Of a DNA stretch of 64,000 nt, positions 39,786-52,497 are shown piece by piece; the first letter of the stretch is position 1, and each line of letters starts with the position of its first letter. The DNA is taken from contig OZ245033.1 of the NCBI GenBank assembly GCA_965224025.1, positions 1,408,001 to 1,472,000 on the forward strand. Direction: 5' to 3'. The notes beneath the pieces are model-generated. The model was not told the DNA's origin and searched no databases. It was given only the letters and a program-made list of their open reading frames with translations. The position numbers were made by a program, and so were the translations under genes. Source of the stretch: Candidatus Multivorans sp. (lineage in GTDB: Bacteria > Acidobacteriota > Thermoanaerobaculia > Multivoradales > Multivoraceae).

Positions 39786-41153
39786 GTGTTTCGAGCGGCC
39801 CCCCTGACGGATCGGGACGGTCTGAGGGCCGCCGATCGCGATCAGCTCGAGGCCCATGGCATTGGCGTTGAGGAGGGCCGTCGGCAACTCGCGCTCCTGC
39901 GCGATCCGCCGCCGAAGACGAAGCTCGCGCGCCCGGCCCGGATCGGCGATGGCATCCTGCCTCTGGCTGAAGGCGCCCAGGCCGTCCGCCTGGCCGAAGA
40001 GGGGCGATCCGCCGCGCGGGCAGGCCGCCTGATTCGCTTCGTGCCGGCGTCCGGCGCGGCGTCGCGATTGTTTGCGGAACTTCGAACGGCCGAGGCCGCC
40101 GGCTACCCGGCGAACGATGCGGTCCTGGCCCGATTCGAGAACACCCGGCCCTGTCTTCCCTTCGACTGCGGTCCGACCGAGCTCCTGGACCGATACGGCG
40201 ACGAGCCCAAGGCCATGATCCCCTTTCACAGGTACGCCGATGGAGAGCGGCGGACAGCCCTGGAGGAGCACCTGGTCGAGGCGGCTGCTGTCATGGGCGG
40301 CCGCGGTTCGGCGGCGATCCACTTCTCCGTCGCCGTCCGCCACCGGCCGGCATTCGAGGAGCTGCTCGGTGACCGGCTGCCCGTGCTCGAAGGGCGGCTG
40401 GGATGCCGCTTCGACGTCACGCTCTCCCACCAGTCGCCGGCTACCGACAGCATCGCGGTCGACGCGGATGGAAAGCCGTTCCGGATTGCTGACGACCCGG
40501 TGGCGCCACTCCTGGTGCGGCCGGGCGGCCACGGCGCACTGCTTGGCAATCTCCAGGCGTTGGCCGATCGGGGCTTCGAGCTGATCGGGGTGAAGAACAT
40601 CGACAACGTTCAGCCCGAGAAGGCCCAGGGCGCGTCGGTACTTGCGATGCAGATCCTCGCTGGAATGGCGCGGGAACTAGCGCGGGATTCGGGTCGGCCG
40701 GCCAGGGTGTGCGGAGTCGTTCCAGCCACAGGATCCGCCGGCGGCGGTCCCTTCTGGGTTCACGAAGCCTCGGGTGCCTCGGGAACCTTGGGCGGACCGC
40801 GGCTTCAGATCGTCGAGACCTCCCAGATCGACCTCGAGGACAGGGAACAGACGGCGATTCTCGACCAGTCCACGCACTTCAACCCGGTGTTCCTGGTCTG
40901 CGCGGCGCTGGCCCCCGGCGGTGGGGCGTACCGGCTGGAAGACTACGTCGACCGGGGCGCCAGCTTCATCGTGCGCAGGAGTCATGGCGGCCGGGAACTG
41001 ACCGCACTGGAACGTCCCGGTTTGTGGAACGGATCGATGGCCGGTTGGGAGACGCGGTTCGTGGAGCTCCCGAGCGAGGTCTACACGCCGGTCAAGACCG
41101 TGTGCGATCTCGCCGGTGCGGAACACCAGTGCGGAGGAGGAAACTTCAAATGA
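39786..41153 (+). CDS. DUF4301-family protein
   Basis: FVPASGAASRLF, RPGGHGALL, KNIDNV, THFNPV, LWNGSM and TPVKTV motifs. Confidence 0.85.
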   Translation: MFRAAPLTDRDGLRAADRDQLEAHGIGVEEGRRQLALLRDPPPKTKLARPARIGDGILPLAEGAQAVRLAEEGRSAARAGRLIRFVPASGAASRLFAELRTAEAAGYPANDAVLARFENTRPCLPFDCGPTELLDRYGDEPKAMIPFHRYADGERRTALEEHLVEAAAVMGGRGSAAIHFSVAVRHRPAFEELLGDRLPVLEGRLGCRFDVTLSHQSPATDSIAVDADGKPFRIADDPVAPLLVRPGGHGALLGNLQALADRGFELIGVKNIDNVQPEKAQGASVLAMQILAGMARELARDSGRPARVCGVVPATGSAGGGPFWVHEASGASGTLGGPRLQIVETSQIDLEDREQTAILDQSTHFNPVFLVCAALAPGGGAYRLEDYVDRGASFIVRRSHGGRELTALERPGLWNGSMAGWETRFVELPSEVYTPVKTVCDLAGAEHQCGGGNFK

Positions 41154-41911
41154 ACGAGACTGCGAGTCAGGTTGCCCCGCCGGAAGGGGGCGGTCCGGTA
41201 GACGGGAAGCTGGCGAGGGCCTCGAAGTCGCGGTTTGCGGTGCGAGCGGCGGTCCTGGTCCTGCTGGTCGCCGCTCTCGTGCTGTTCGGCCGCCGCGTCG
41301 CCGGCTACCTGCCCGAGTTCACCGCGTGGGTTGACGGACTGGGGTTCTGGGGGCCGGTCGTGTTCGTGGCTGGCTACGCCGTTGCCACCGTTGCCTTCAT
41401 TCCCGGCTCCCTGCTGACCCTGGCCGGCGGCGCGATCTTCGGTCTCTGGAAGGGAACTCTGCTGGTGTTCGTCGGCGCCTCCCTGGGCGCCATCGGCGCG
41501 TTCCTGGTCTCGCGCTACGCCGCCCGCGGCGCGGTCGAGCGGCGCATCGCCGGAAAGCGGCGTTTCGCCGCCATCGACCGCGCAGTCCAGCGCGAAGGGC
41601 TGAAGATCACCTTCCTGTTGCGGCTGACGCCGGTTGTCCCGTTCGCGCTCCTGAACTACGCCCTGGGCCTGACCCGCGTGCGGCTGGTCGACTACGCTCT
41701 CGCGTGCATCGGCATGCTGCCGGCGACGCTGCTCTACGTGTACTACGGCAAGGTGGCTGGCGATCTGGCCCAGCTCGCCGCCGGGGTCGGCCAGGAGCGC
41801 GGCTGGGATGACTATGCAAAGTGGGGCGTCGGCCTGGTGGCGACCATCGGCGCTACGGCGATCATCGTGCGGATCGCGCGGCGAGCGCTCAGGGAGGAGG
41901 TAGGCGAATGA
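41150..41911 (+). CDS. TVP38/TMEM64 (DedA-like) membrane protein
   Basis: PGSLLTLAGGAIFG and LLRLTPVVPFALLNY motifs. Confidence 0.92.
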   Translation: MNETASQVAPPEGGGPVDGKLARASKSRFAVRAAVLVLLVAALVLFGRRVAGYLPEFTAWVDGLGFWGPVVFVAGYAVATVAFIPGSLLTLAGGAIFGLWKGTLLVFVGASLGAIGAFLVSRYAARGAVERRIAGKRRFAAIDRAVQREGLKITFLLRLTPVVPFALLNYALGLTRVRLVDYALACIGMLPATLLYVYYGKVAGDLAQLAAGVGQERGWDDYAKWGVGLVATIGATAIIVRIARRALREEVGE

Positions 41912-43434
41912 CGAGACCGGAACTGCTCCAGGAGAGTCACCACGACCGCGAACTCGCGGCGCGGGTGGCCCCCGACGACTGGACGAACCCGGCGCCCGCA
42001 GGTCGGTACCACTTGGTCGTGATCGGGGCCGGCACTGCCGGTCTGGTGACCGCGATCGTGGCCGCGGGCTTCGGTGCCCGGGTAGCCATGATCGAGCGCC
42101 GGCTCATGGGCGGCGACTGCCTGAACTTCGGCTGCGTGCCGTCGAAGGGCGTGATCGCCGCGGCACGGCGGTGGAACGCCGGTTTCGCCGATCCCGAGTT
42201 CGGGGCGCCGGGAACTGGTCGGGACGGCGATTTCGGCGCGGCAATGGAGCGCATGCGCCGGATCCGGGCGGCGATCAGCCAGGACGACGCGGCCGAGCGC
42301 TTTCGCGATGCCGGGGTCGATGTCTATCTGGGCGAGGGCAGATTCCTTTCCGACCGTGCGGTCGAGGTAACCGGCCCCGCGGGTGACCGCGAGCTGCGCT
42401 TTCGGCGCGCCGTCATCGCCGCCGGCGCGCGCCCCCAGGCGCCGCCGATTCCTGGTCTCGACCGCTGCGACTACCTGACCAACGAGACCGTATTCTCGCT
42501 CACCGAGCGGCCCGAGCGGCTGGCGGTCATCGGCGCCGGCCCGATCGGCTGTGAGTTGTCCCAGGCCTTCGCGCGCCTCGGCAGCCGGGTGACGACGTTC
42601 GACATTCTGCCGGGCATTCTCCCGCGAGAGGATCAGGACGCGGCGGTTCTGGTTGAGCAAGCCCTCAGACGGGACGGGGTCGAGTTCGCCCTCGGTGTCC
42701 GGATCGAGGAAGTCGCGCCCCATGACGGGGGCCTCCGCCTGGTCTATGCCGACAGCGACGGCGGCCGCCGTGAGACGAGTTGCGACGAACTCCTCGTTGC
42801 GGTGGGCCGAACGCCGAACATCGAGGGCCTGGGGCTTGAGAAGATCGGCGTCCAGTGCGATGCGATCGGCGTCCAGGTCGACGCGAAGCTGCGCACGACG
42901 AATCCCCGCATCTACGCCGCCGGCGACATCACACCGGCGCCCAAGTTCACCCACCTGGCGGACGCCCATGCCGGTGTCGTGATTCAGAACGCGCTGTTCT
43001 TTCCCAGTGCGCGAGCCGACCGGCTGGTCGTGCCGCGGTGCACGTACACCTCGCCCGAGGTGGCGCACGTCGGCCTCGACCGGAAGGAGGCGGAGCAGCG
43101 CCGCATCGCCGTCGACGTGGTCGACGCAGCCCTGGAGGAGAACCACCGCGCCCTGCTCGACGGCGAGGAGGACGGGTTTCTGCGGGTTCTGCTCCAGCGG
43201 GGCAGCGATCGCGTGCTCGGCGCGACCGTCGTTGCGGCGCATGCCGGCGACTTGATCGCGCCGCTCACGCTGGCCGTGACCCACCGGCTGGGCCTCGCCA
43301 AGTTCGCGGGCACCATCCTGCCGTATCCGACCCAGGCGGAGGTGCTGAAGAAGGCCGCGAACCAGTGGCGCGGGACGAGGCTGAGCCCCACCGTCCAGGG
43401 CCTGTTCGCGCGTTGGTTCCGCTGGACCGGTTGA
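41908..43434 (+). CDS. Flavoprotein disulfide oxidoreductase (MerA/LpdA-like)
   Basis: GAGTAG, GGDCLNFGCVPSK, GAGPIG, YAAGD and PYPT motifs; no C-terminal Cys pair. Confidence 0.88.
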   Translation: MTRPELLQESHHDRELAARVAPDDWTNPAPAGRYHLVVIGAGTAGLVTAIVAAGFGARVAMIERRLMGGDCLNFGCVPSKGVIAAARRWNAGFADPEFGAPGTGRDGDFGAAMERMRRIRAAISQDDAAERFRDAGVDVYLGEGRFLSDRAVEVTGPAGDRELRFRRAVIAAGARPQAPPIPGLDRCDYLTNETVFSLTERPERLAVIGAGPIGCELSQAFARLGSRVTTFDILPGILPREDQDAAVLVEQALRRDGVEFALGVRIEEVAPHDGGLRLVYADSDGGRRETSCDELLVAVGRTPNIEGLGLEKIGVQCDAIGVQVDAKLRTTNPRIYAAGDITPAPKFTHLADAHAGVVIQNALFFPSARADRLVVPRCTYTSPEVAHVGLDRKEAEQRRIAVDVVDAALEENHRALLDGEEDGFLRVLLQRGSDRVLGATVVAAHAGDLIAPLTLAVTHRLGLAKFAGTILPYPTQAEVLKKAANQWRGTRLSPTVQGLFARWFRWTG

Positions 43435-43446
43435 CGCGTTCCGGCG

Positions 43447-44736
43447 CTACAAGTGACGCCGGCGTGGCCTGCGCCGCCGCCTTCGTCTTCGCTTCGTGCG
43501 TCGCTTCGCGGCGTCGGTTGAACTTCGGGGCGGCGCCGACTCGGCGGCCGGTCGCCAGCGTTCGAGCGCCTCGCCACCGCTGCCGGTGGCCGCCGAGAGC
43601 AGGGCGAAGAGTTCCAGCGCGGGCCCGAAGGCCTCCCGGCGAACCAGGTTGTGGATCGTCTTCGCGCCGCGGCTCGGCTCGCACAGCCGTTGAAACGTCT
43701 CGAGCGCCTCTCTCATTCTGTGGCGGCGTGCGGCGGAGAGGGCGAAGCGGGTGCTGAAATCGGCCACGACATCGTCCACGAGTCGTTGCAGGCGCCGGCG
43801 CTGGACTCCTGCGCCGCCAGCCTCCAGGCGCTCCCGGCCGACCACGATCCGCGGCAGGAGCAGGGTCGACAGCAGCACCGCAAGCGGCACTTCCGGCCCG
43901 GTGTCGACGCGTTCGTCAAGTCGCCCGGCGAGTTGGGAGAAGCCGCCCGTCTCGGTCCCTGCCCCTCGCACTTCGTCCACCTCGGGCAGCACGACCGGAA
44001 GTAGCCCCGATCGTCCCATCCAGTCGAAGGTCGCGGCGCTCCGGCCGCTCGACAGGAGCTGGATCAGCTCCTCGATCAGGCGGTGCGGCGAGGCCTTGGC
44101 GATCTCCCGGCGGTGCTCGAAGGCGCAGGCAAGGGTCTCGTCCTCGATTTCGAAGTCCAGGCGCGCGGCGAATTCACAGGCCCGCAGCATGCGCACCGGA
44201 TCCTCGCGGTAGCGCAAGTTGGGATCGCCGATCACGCGGATGCAACCGCGGTCGAGATCCTCAAGGCCTCCCACATAGTCGACGACGGCGCGGTCGGAGG
44301 CTCGATAGAGCAGGGCATTGACGGTGAAGTCGCGGCGGAAGGCGTCCTGCCTGGGGGTGCCGTAGGTGTTGTCGCTGGTTACCAGGAGTTCGCCTGGCGA
44401 ACGACGTTGATGGTCGGGATCCGGCGCGCCGCGGAACGTGGATACTTCGACCACCTCGTCGCCGAACCAAACGTGAGCGAGGCGAAAGCGCCGGCCGATG
44501 ATCCGGGAGTTCCGGAACAGCCGCCGCACGTCCTCTGGGCGCGCGTCGGTCACGACGTCGTAGTCCTTCGGTGCGCGTTGTAGCATCAGATCGCGCACGC
44601 TGCCGCCGACCAGACCGGCGTTCCGACCGGCCTGACTCAGCCTCCGCAGCACCCTTTGTGCGCCGGTCGAGATCTGCCGCCACGAGATCGGATGCTTGGA
44701 GCGCTGCAGTACCGTGGCCGGGGCCGGCGCTTCCAT
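43447..44736 (-). CDS. pcnB: Poly(A) polymerase I
   Basis: VGGSVRD, KDYD, PAP signature IIGRRFRLAHV, RRDFTVN; Arg-rich tail. Confidence 0.92.
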   Translation of the reverse strand: MEAPAPATVLQRSKHPISWRQISTGAQRVLRRLSQAGRNAGLVGGSVRDLMLQRAPKDYDVVTDARPEDVRRLFRNSRIIGRRFRLAHVWFGDEVVEVSTFRGAPDPDHQRRSPGELLVTSDNTYGTPRQDAFRRDFTVNALLYRASDRAVVDYVGGLEDLDRGCIRVIGDPNLRYREDPVRMLRACEFAARLDFEIEDETLACAFEHRREIAKASPHRLIEELIQLLSSGRSAATFDWMGRSGLLPVVLPEVDEVRGAGTETGGFSQLAGRLDERVDTGPEVPLAVLLSTLLLPRIVVGRERLEAGGAGVQRRRLQRLVDDVVADFSTRFALSAARRHRMREALETFQRLCEPSRGAKTIHNLVRREAFGPALELFALLSAATGSGGEALERWRPAAESAPPRSSTDAAKRRTKRRRRRRRRPRRRHL

Positions 44737-44873
44737 CAGGTCAGGGTATCAACGGACGCCGGCCCCCAGATCTGAGGGTGGCTCGCAACGTAATGTGGGT
44801 GCAACATGGACGAAGTGTGGGAAGTGGAGTAGAGCAGACTGGTTCCTGCGTTGCCCGTCCGAGGTTTCGTCGA

Positions 44874-45600
44874 ATGCCGGCAGGCGCAGTCCGAATCCGA
44901 GTCGTCCCGGTTGCTGTGGCCGCGTTCCTGGGCGTGGGGCTCCAACTCTTGCTCGCCGCGTCCGCCTCGGCCGACGACTTGTTCCGGCCTGTCGCACCGC
45001 CCGTTGGGCGGACGGCCGCCGCGGCTTCGGTAGCGGCTGCCGTCGAGCGCCAGGGCGCGACGCTTCGCCACCGGCACGCTCGGGTTGATCTGGGCCTACT
45101 CAGCGAGGCGCGCGCGAGTGCCGCACTTGGTGGGACCGCTTCGGGGTTGATCGACCTCAACCTGTTCGACGATGCCACCTGCCAGGTCACGGGTCTCAGA
45201 ACCGCGCCGACTTCGTCGGAATACTCCCTGTCCGGGCAGCTCGACGGCGTGCCCCTCGGCGCGGCGCCCCTGGTGGTCAACGGGGACGTCATCGTCGGCT
45301 CGGTGAGGGCCTCCGGGGTGACCCACACGATCCGTTCGATCGCCGGCGGCGACCTTGAGATTCGGCAAACCGACGAACGGACCTTGCCTGAATGCGCCGG
45401 CGCGCGGACGGCGCCAGGCGAGGCGGACTCGCCAGGGACCGACGTGGCGGTGAAGGGGAGGTGAAGGGGAGGCGCGGGGTGACGATCTCGCGCGACGAAC
45501 TGACAGTCGACGAGGGCCGCCGCATCCGTGTCCGTCTCCGCCTCCACGAACACGGTCTTCGGGAGGCTCCAGTCTCCGGTCGTGAAAGTCAACGCCCGCC
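44874..45600 (+). pseudogene. Remnant of a large secreted protease/adhesin gene
   Basis: Signal peptide ending ASA-DDLF and a prodomain-like LNLFDD segment; stop created by an 11-bp duplication; repeat-domain fragments on both strands. Confidence 0.6.
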
Positions 45601-45716
45601 GCCAAGCGCCTCGCAGGCTCGGCCCCTGGCCCCAGCCCCCACCTCCCCAGCACTCCGCGCCTTCAGCCCCGCACTTCGTGCGGCGCCTACGGCGCGGACT
45701 GCTAGGCTGCGCCGCC

Positions 45717-46838
45717 GTGGGCGCCTTGGACGGACTTCGGGTTCTCGATCTATCGCGGCTTGCGCCCGGGCCGTACTGCTCGATGCTGCTCGCCGACATG
45801 GGCGCGGACGTGCTGCGGGTCGACAACGCGGTGGGCGGACCGGTCCGATCCGGCGACATGCTGTCGCGGAACAAGCGCAGCATCGCGCTCAACCTGAAAA
45901 CGGCGGGCGGCGAGCGCATCCTCCACGAACTGGCCGCGGAGGCGGATGTCTTCCTGGAGGGTAACCGGCCGGGTGTTTGCGCCCGGCTGGGCTGCGACTA
46001 TGCGAGTCTCTCGGCGATCAATCCCGGTCTCGTCTACTGCTCGCTCACCGGCTATGGCCAGACCGGGCCGATGGCGCAGGCCGCCGGGCACGACGTGAAC
46101 TACATCGCGCTCGCCGGCGTTCTGTCGCAGATCGGCAACGGCCAGGACCCGCCCCTGCCGCCCCTCAATCTGGTCGCCGACTTTGGCGGCGGCGGCCTGA
46201 TGGCGGCCTTCGGCATCCTCTGCGCCCTGTTCGAGCGGGAACGGTCCGGCCGCGGCCAGTACATCGACGCCGCAATGATCGACGGAGCGGCCTCCCTGAT
46301 GGCCGTGCACTTCGCCCAGAAGGGCGCCCGCTCGACGCCCGGCGTCGGACTGCTCGGGGGCGGGGCCGCCTTCTACCGCTGCTACGAGTGCGAGTGCGGC
46401 GGCTACGTGTCGGTCGGCGCGATCGAACCGCAGTTCTTCGCGGCGCTGTGCGAGGGAACGGGCGTCGATGTCGCGGATGAGCAGATGGACACCGACTGCT
46501 GGCCGGCACACATCGATGCGTTCCAGCGGGCCTTCCTGACCCGGACCCGCGACGAGTGGGCCGAGGTGTTCAGCGAGCTCGACGCCTGTGTGTCGCCGGT
46601 GCTCGACCTCGACGAGGCGCCACGCCATGAGCACAACATGCAGCGGGGGACCTTCCCGATCGGCCCGGACGGAGAGATTCACATTGCACCCGCGCCGCGG
46701 CTGGAGCGGACGCCCGGCGACCTCCGCCGGCGCGAACCGCGCATGGGAGAACACACCGTAGATGTCCTCCAGGGTCTCGGCTACAGCGCCGGGGACATCG
46801 ACGGACTCGAACAGAACGGAGCGATCCTGAGAGCATGA
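45717..46838 (+). CDS. CaiB/BaiF CoA-transferase (alpha-methylacyl-CoA racemase-like)
   Basis: RVLDLSRLAPGP, RNKRSI, GHDVNY and ADFGGG motifs. Confidence 0.93.
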   Translation: MGALDGLRVLDLSRLAPGPYCSMLLADMGADVLRVDNAVGGPVRSGDMLSRNKRSIALNLKTAGGERILHELAAEADVFLEGNRPGVCARLGCDYASLSAINPGLVYCSLTGYGQTGPMAQAAGHDVNYIALAGVLSQIGNGQDPPLPPLNLVADFGGGGLMAAFGILCALFERERSGRGQYIDAAMIDGAASLMAVHFAQKGARSTPGVGLLGGGAAFYRCYECECGGYVSVGAIEPQFFAALCEGTGVDVADEQMDTDCWPAHIDAFQRAFLTRTRDEWAEVFSELDACVSPVLDLDEAPRHEHNMQRGTFPIGPDGEIHIAPAPRLERTPGDLRRREPRMGEHTVDVLQGLGYSAGDIDGLEQNGAILRA

Positions 46839-47356
46839 ACGACGCAAGCACGAACGATGGTCCGCCTAGAGCCGGCGCGGGCAGAGTCTTCGAGGACTTC
46901 GAAGTCGGCCAGATCTTCCGTCACGCCCTGGGGCGGACGGTTACCGAGGGCGACAACGTCTGGTTGACGATGATCACCCTGAACCCGAACCCGATCCACT
47001 TTGACCGCGAGTACGCCGGTCAGACGGAGTGGGGACGGCCCCTGGTCAACTCCTGCTTCACACTGTCCCTGGTCACCGCGCTGACCGTCGCCGACTTGTC
47101 CCAGAACGCGGTGAACCTGGGGTGGGACAGGGTCCGTCTGCCGCGCCCGGTGTTCGAAGGCGACACGCTGTACGCCCAGAGCGAGGTGCTCTCCGTTCGC
47201 GGGTCGAAGTCGCGCCCGCACCAGGGCATCGTGGCCTTCCGCACGGTCGGCTACAACCAGGACGGCCGGGCCGTCATCACCTTCGACCGGACGATCCTGG
47301 TCTACCGCCGCGGCCATGTGCCGGCGAAGCCGGTCCGTCCCGAGCTGCGCGCCTAG
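46835..47356 (+). CDS. MaoC-family dehydratase
   Basis: FEDFEVG, RTVTEGDN, NPIHFD and PVFEGDTL motifs. Confidence 0.92.
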   Translation: MNDASTNDGPPRAGAGRVFEDFEVGQIFRHALGRTVTEGDNVWLTMITLNPNPIHFDREYAGQTEWGRPLVNSCFTLSLVTALTVADLSQNAVNLGWDRVRLPRPVFEGDTLYAQSEVLSVRGSKSRPHQGIVAFRTVGYNQDGRAVITFDRTILVYRRGHVPAKPVRPELRA

Positions 47357-47374
47357 CGCGGAAGAACGATCTGA

Positions 47375-47494
47375 CCTGGGAACCCGTGTGGCGCGACCCG
47401 CGCCACACGCGAACCACTCCGTGCGCCCGTCATCGGGCGCACGGATGGCACGCGGGCATCCTGCCCGCATCCGGCGCGAAGCGCCGGCCTCCGG
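47375..47494 (+). repeat. REP-like element, full copy E, between convergent genes
   Basis: Colinear with 4498-4617. Confidence 0.9.
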
Positions 47495-47513
47495 TCGTTC
47501 TGCCGCGCCTAGC

Positions 47514-48779
47514 CTAGCGGTCGCCGAGCGCCTGGTAGTCGCGGACGGTGGCCCCGGTATAAACCTGCCGCGGCCGGTTGATCCGGTTGTCCGGATCGCC
47601 GCGCATCTCCTTCCAGTGCGCCAGCCAGCCCGGCAACCGGCCCAGGGCGAACATGACGGTGAACATGTCCGTCGGCAGGCCCATCGCCCGGTAGATGATG
47701 CCGCTGTAGAAGTCGACGTTCGGGTAGAGCTTCCTCTCGACGAAGTACTCGTCCTGGAGCGCGACCTCTTCCAGGTTCCTGGCCAGCTCCAGCAGCGGGT
47801 CGTCGACGCCGAGCTGCTCCAGGACCTCGTCCGCGGCCCCCTTCAGGATGCTGGCGCGCGGGTCGAAGTTCTTGTAGACGCGGTGGCCGAAGCCCATCAG
47901 CCGGAACTCGTCGTTTCGGTCCTTGGCCCGGTCGACGAACCGGCCGTAGTCGTCGCCGCTGTCGCGGATCGCCTTCAGCATCTCGATCACCTGTTGGTTG
48001 GCGCCGCCGTGGAGCGGTCCCGACAGGGCGTCGATGCCGGCGGAGATGGCGGCGAACAGGCTGGCGCCGGAGCTGCCGACCATACGGACCGTCGACGTCG
48101 AGCAGTTCTGCTCATGGTCGGCGTGCAGAATGAGCAGCATGTTCAGCGCTCGAGACAAGACATCCGGCGGCTCGTAGGACTCGCAGGGCACCGAGAACAT
48201 CATGTTCAGGAAATTCTCCGCGTAGCCCAGGTCGTTCTGCGGGTACACGAACGGCTGGCCGATCGACTTCTTGTAGGAGAAGGCGGTGATCGTCGGCAGC
48301 TTCGCGATCAGGCGGACGACGTGCAGGTCGACGTCTTCGTCCTCCGAGTAGAAGGTCGCGAGCGACGAGATCATCGAGGACAGGATCGCCATCGGGTGAG
48401 CCGTCGGCGGGTAAGCCTCGAAGAACTTCTTCATGTCCTCGTGGATCAGCGTGTGCCGTCGCAGCTTCGAGCGGAAGTCGTCCAGTTCCTGCTCTGTCGG
48501 CAATTCGCCGTAGATCAGCAGGTAGCAGACCTCGACGAAGGACGCGCGCTCTGCGAGCTGCTCGATCGGGTAGCCGCGGTAGCGGAGGATTCCCCGCTCG
48601 CCGTCGATGAACGTGATCGCGCTACGGCACGATCCGGTGTTGCCGTAGCCGGGATCCAGGGTGATCGCACCGGTCTGGCTCCGGAGCGCCTGGCTGTGGA
48701 TTGCCAGTTCGCCCTCGGAGCCGAGGATAACGGGGAATTCGTACTCCTGATCGTCCAGATTCAGCTTGGCTACACCCAT
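47514..48779 (-). CDS. gltA: Citrate synthase
   Basis: DHEQNCST, GPLHGGAN, GFGHRVYK and YPNVDFYSG motifs. Confidence 0.98.
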   Translation of the reverse strand: MGVAKLNLDDQEYEFPVILGSEGELAIHSQALRSQTGAITLDPGYGNTGSCRSAITFIDGERGILRYRGYPIEQLAERASFVEVCYLLIYGELPTEQELDDFRSKLRRHTLIHEDMKKFFEAYPPTAHPMAILSSMISSLATFYSEDEDVDLHVVRLIAKLPTITAFSYKKSIGQPFVYPQNDLGYAENFLNMMFSVPCESYEPPDVLSRALNMLLILHADHEQNCSTSTVRMVGSSGASLFAAISAGIDALSGPLHGGANQQVIEMLKAIRDSGDDYGRFVDRAKDRNDEFRLMGFGHRVYKNFDPRASILKGAADEVLEQLGVDDPLLELARNLEEVALQDEYFVERKLYPNVDFYSGIIYRAMGLPTDMFTVMFALGRLPGWLAHWKEMRGDPDNRINRPRQVYTGATVRDYQALGDR

Positions 48780-48808
48780 ATCTGCTGTCCCACTTCGTGT
48801 TTTTCCCG

Positions 48809-48860
48809 GTAGCGGCCCGTTCCGGTTCAGAGTAGTAGCGGCCCGTTCCGGTTCAGAGTA
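48809..48860. repeat. Perfect 2 x 26-bp tandem repeat in the gltA upstream region
   Basis: GTAGCGGCCCGTTCCGGTTCAGAGTA at 48809-48834 and 48835-48860. Confidence 0.92.
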
Positions 48861-48934
48861 TTCGGCTCGGTTGGCGTATTCGGCGCGGAGTGTAGCAGCC
48901 CTGCAAGCGGCAATGGGAGATTGCCTGGTCCGAT

Positions 48935-49619
48935 TCAGACGCCCCGTGTGTCGGCGCCCCACAGCGTCTTGTGAAGTTGCATGGAGACCCGTGCCGCCAG
49001 CCGATCTTCGAGTACCCAGGAGGCGAGTTCGGCAGGTTCGAGAGCGTCCCACACCGGCGACAGGTGGACGGTGCAACGGCGGTCGATCCGGTGTTTGCGG
49101 ATCGCTTCACGCGCCCACTCGTAGTCGCCACGGTCGGCGAGGACGAGCTTCACTTCGTCCGTCGAACGCAGCTCGTCGATGTTCGGCCAGTGGTTGTTCG
49201 AGGCTTCGCCGCTGGCGGGGCATTTCAGGTCGACGATCCGCCTTACCCGCGAATCCACTCCCGAGATGTCCAGCCCGCCGCCGGTCTCGAGCAGGACCAC
49301 AAGTCCCCGGTCGCAGAGCCCGCTCATCAGAGGATGAACGCCCGGTTGGAGCAGGGGTTCGCCGCCGGTGACTTCCGCCAGAGGGCAGCCGAACGCCAGC
49401 ACTTCGGTGATGACGTCCTCGACGCGCATCCACGTGCCTTCGTGGAAGCTGTACTCCGTGTCGCACCAACTGCATCGCATCTGGCAGCCGGTCAGGCGCA
49501 CGAGGACGCAGGGGCGGCCCGCGAAGGTCGATTCGCCCTGAATCGAGTAGAAGATCTCGTTGACCTTGAGCCGCTCCCTCTCGGGCAGCGCGGCGATCGG
49601 GTCGACCTGGTGGAGTCGA

Positions 49620-49636
<17 letters not shown>
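48935..49636 (-). CDS. queE: 7-carboxy-7-deazaguanine synthase (radical SAM)
   Basis: EIFYSIQGE, CxxxCxxC (CQMRCSWCDT), TGGEP and QLHK motifs; TTG start inferred. Confidence 0.88.
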
Positions 49637-52355
<2,719 letters not shown>

Positions 52356-52497
52356 GTCCCTGTTTCCGTGTCTCCGGCTGTAGGCGCCGGGGAGTTTTCG
52401 AGTGCGCTTGAGACTACCCAAAGCGACGCCGGCGCCGGCGCCTGCCGTCTCGCGCGGGGTCCGCCCCAGGCCCCGTGCCGGCGTGTAGAGTCGCGCC

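Noticed and set aside
41908-43434. merA mercury resistance
   Set aside because: No C-terminal Cys-Cys pair, no N-terminal metal-binding domain and no mer genes nearby
25093-45641. Shared 15-mer TGGCCCCAGCCCCCA near 25093 and 45627
   Set aside because: Low-complexity GC-rich match expected by chance in 64 kb
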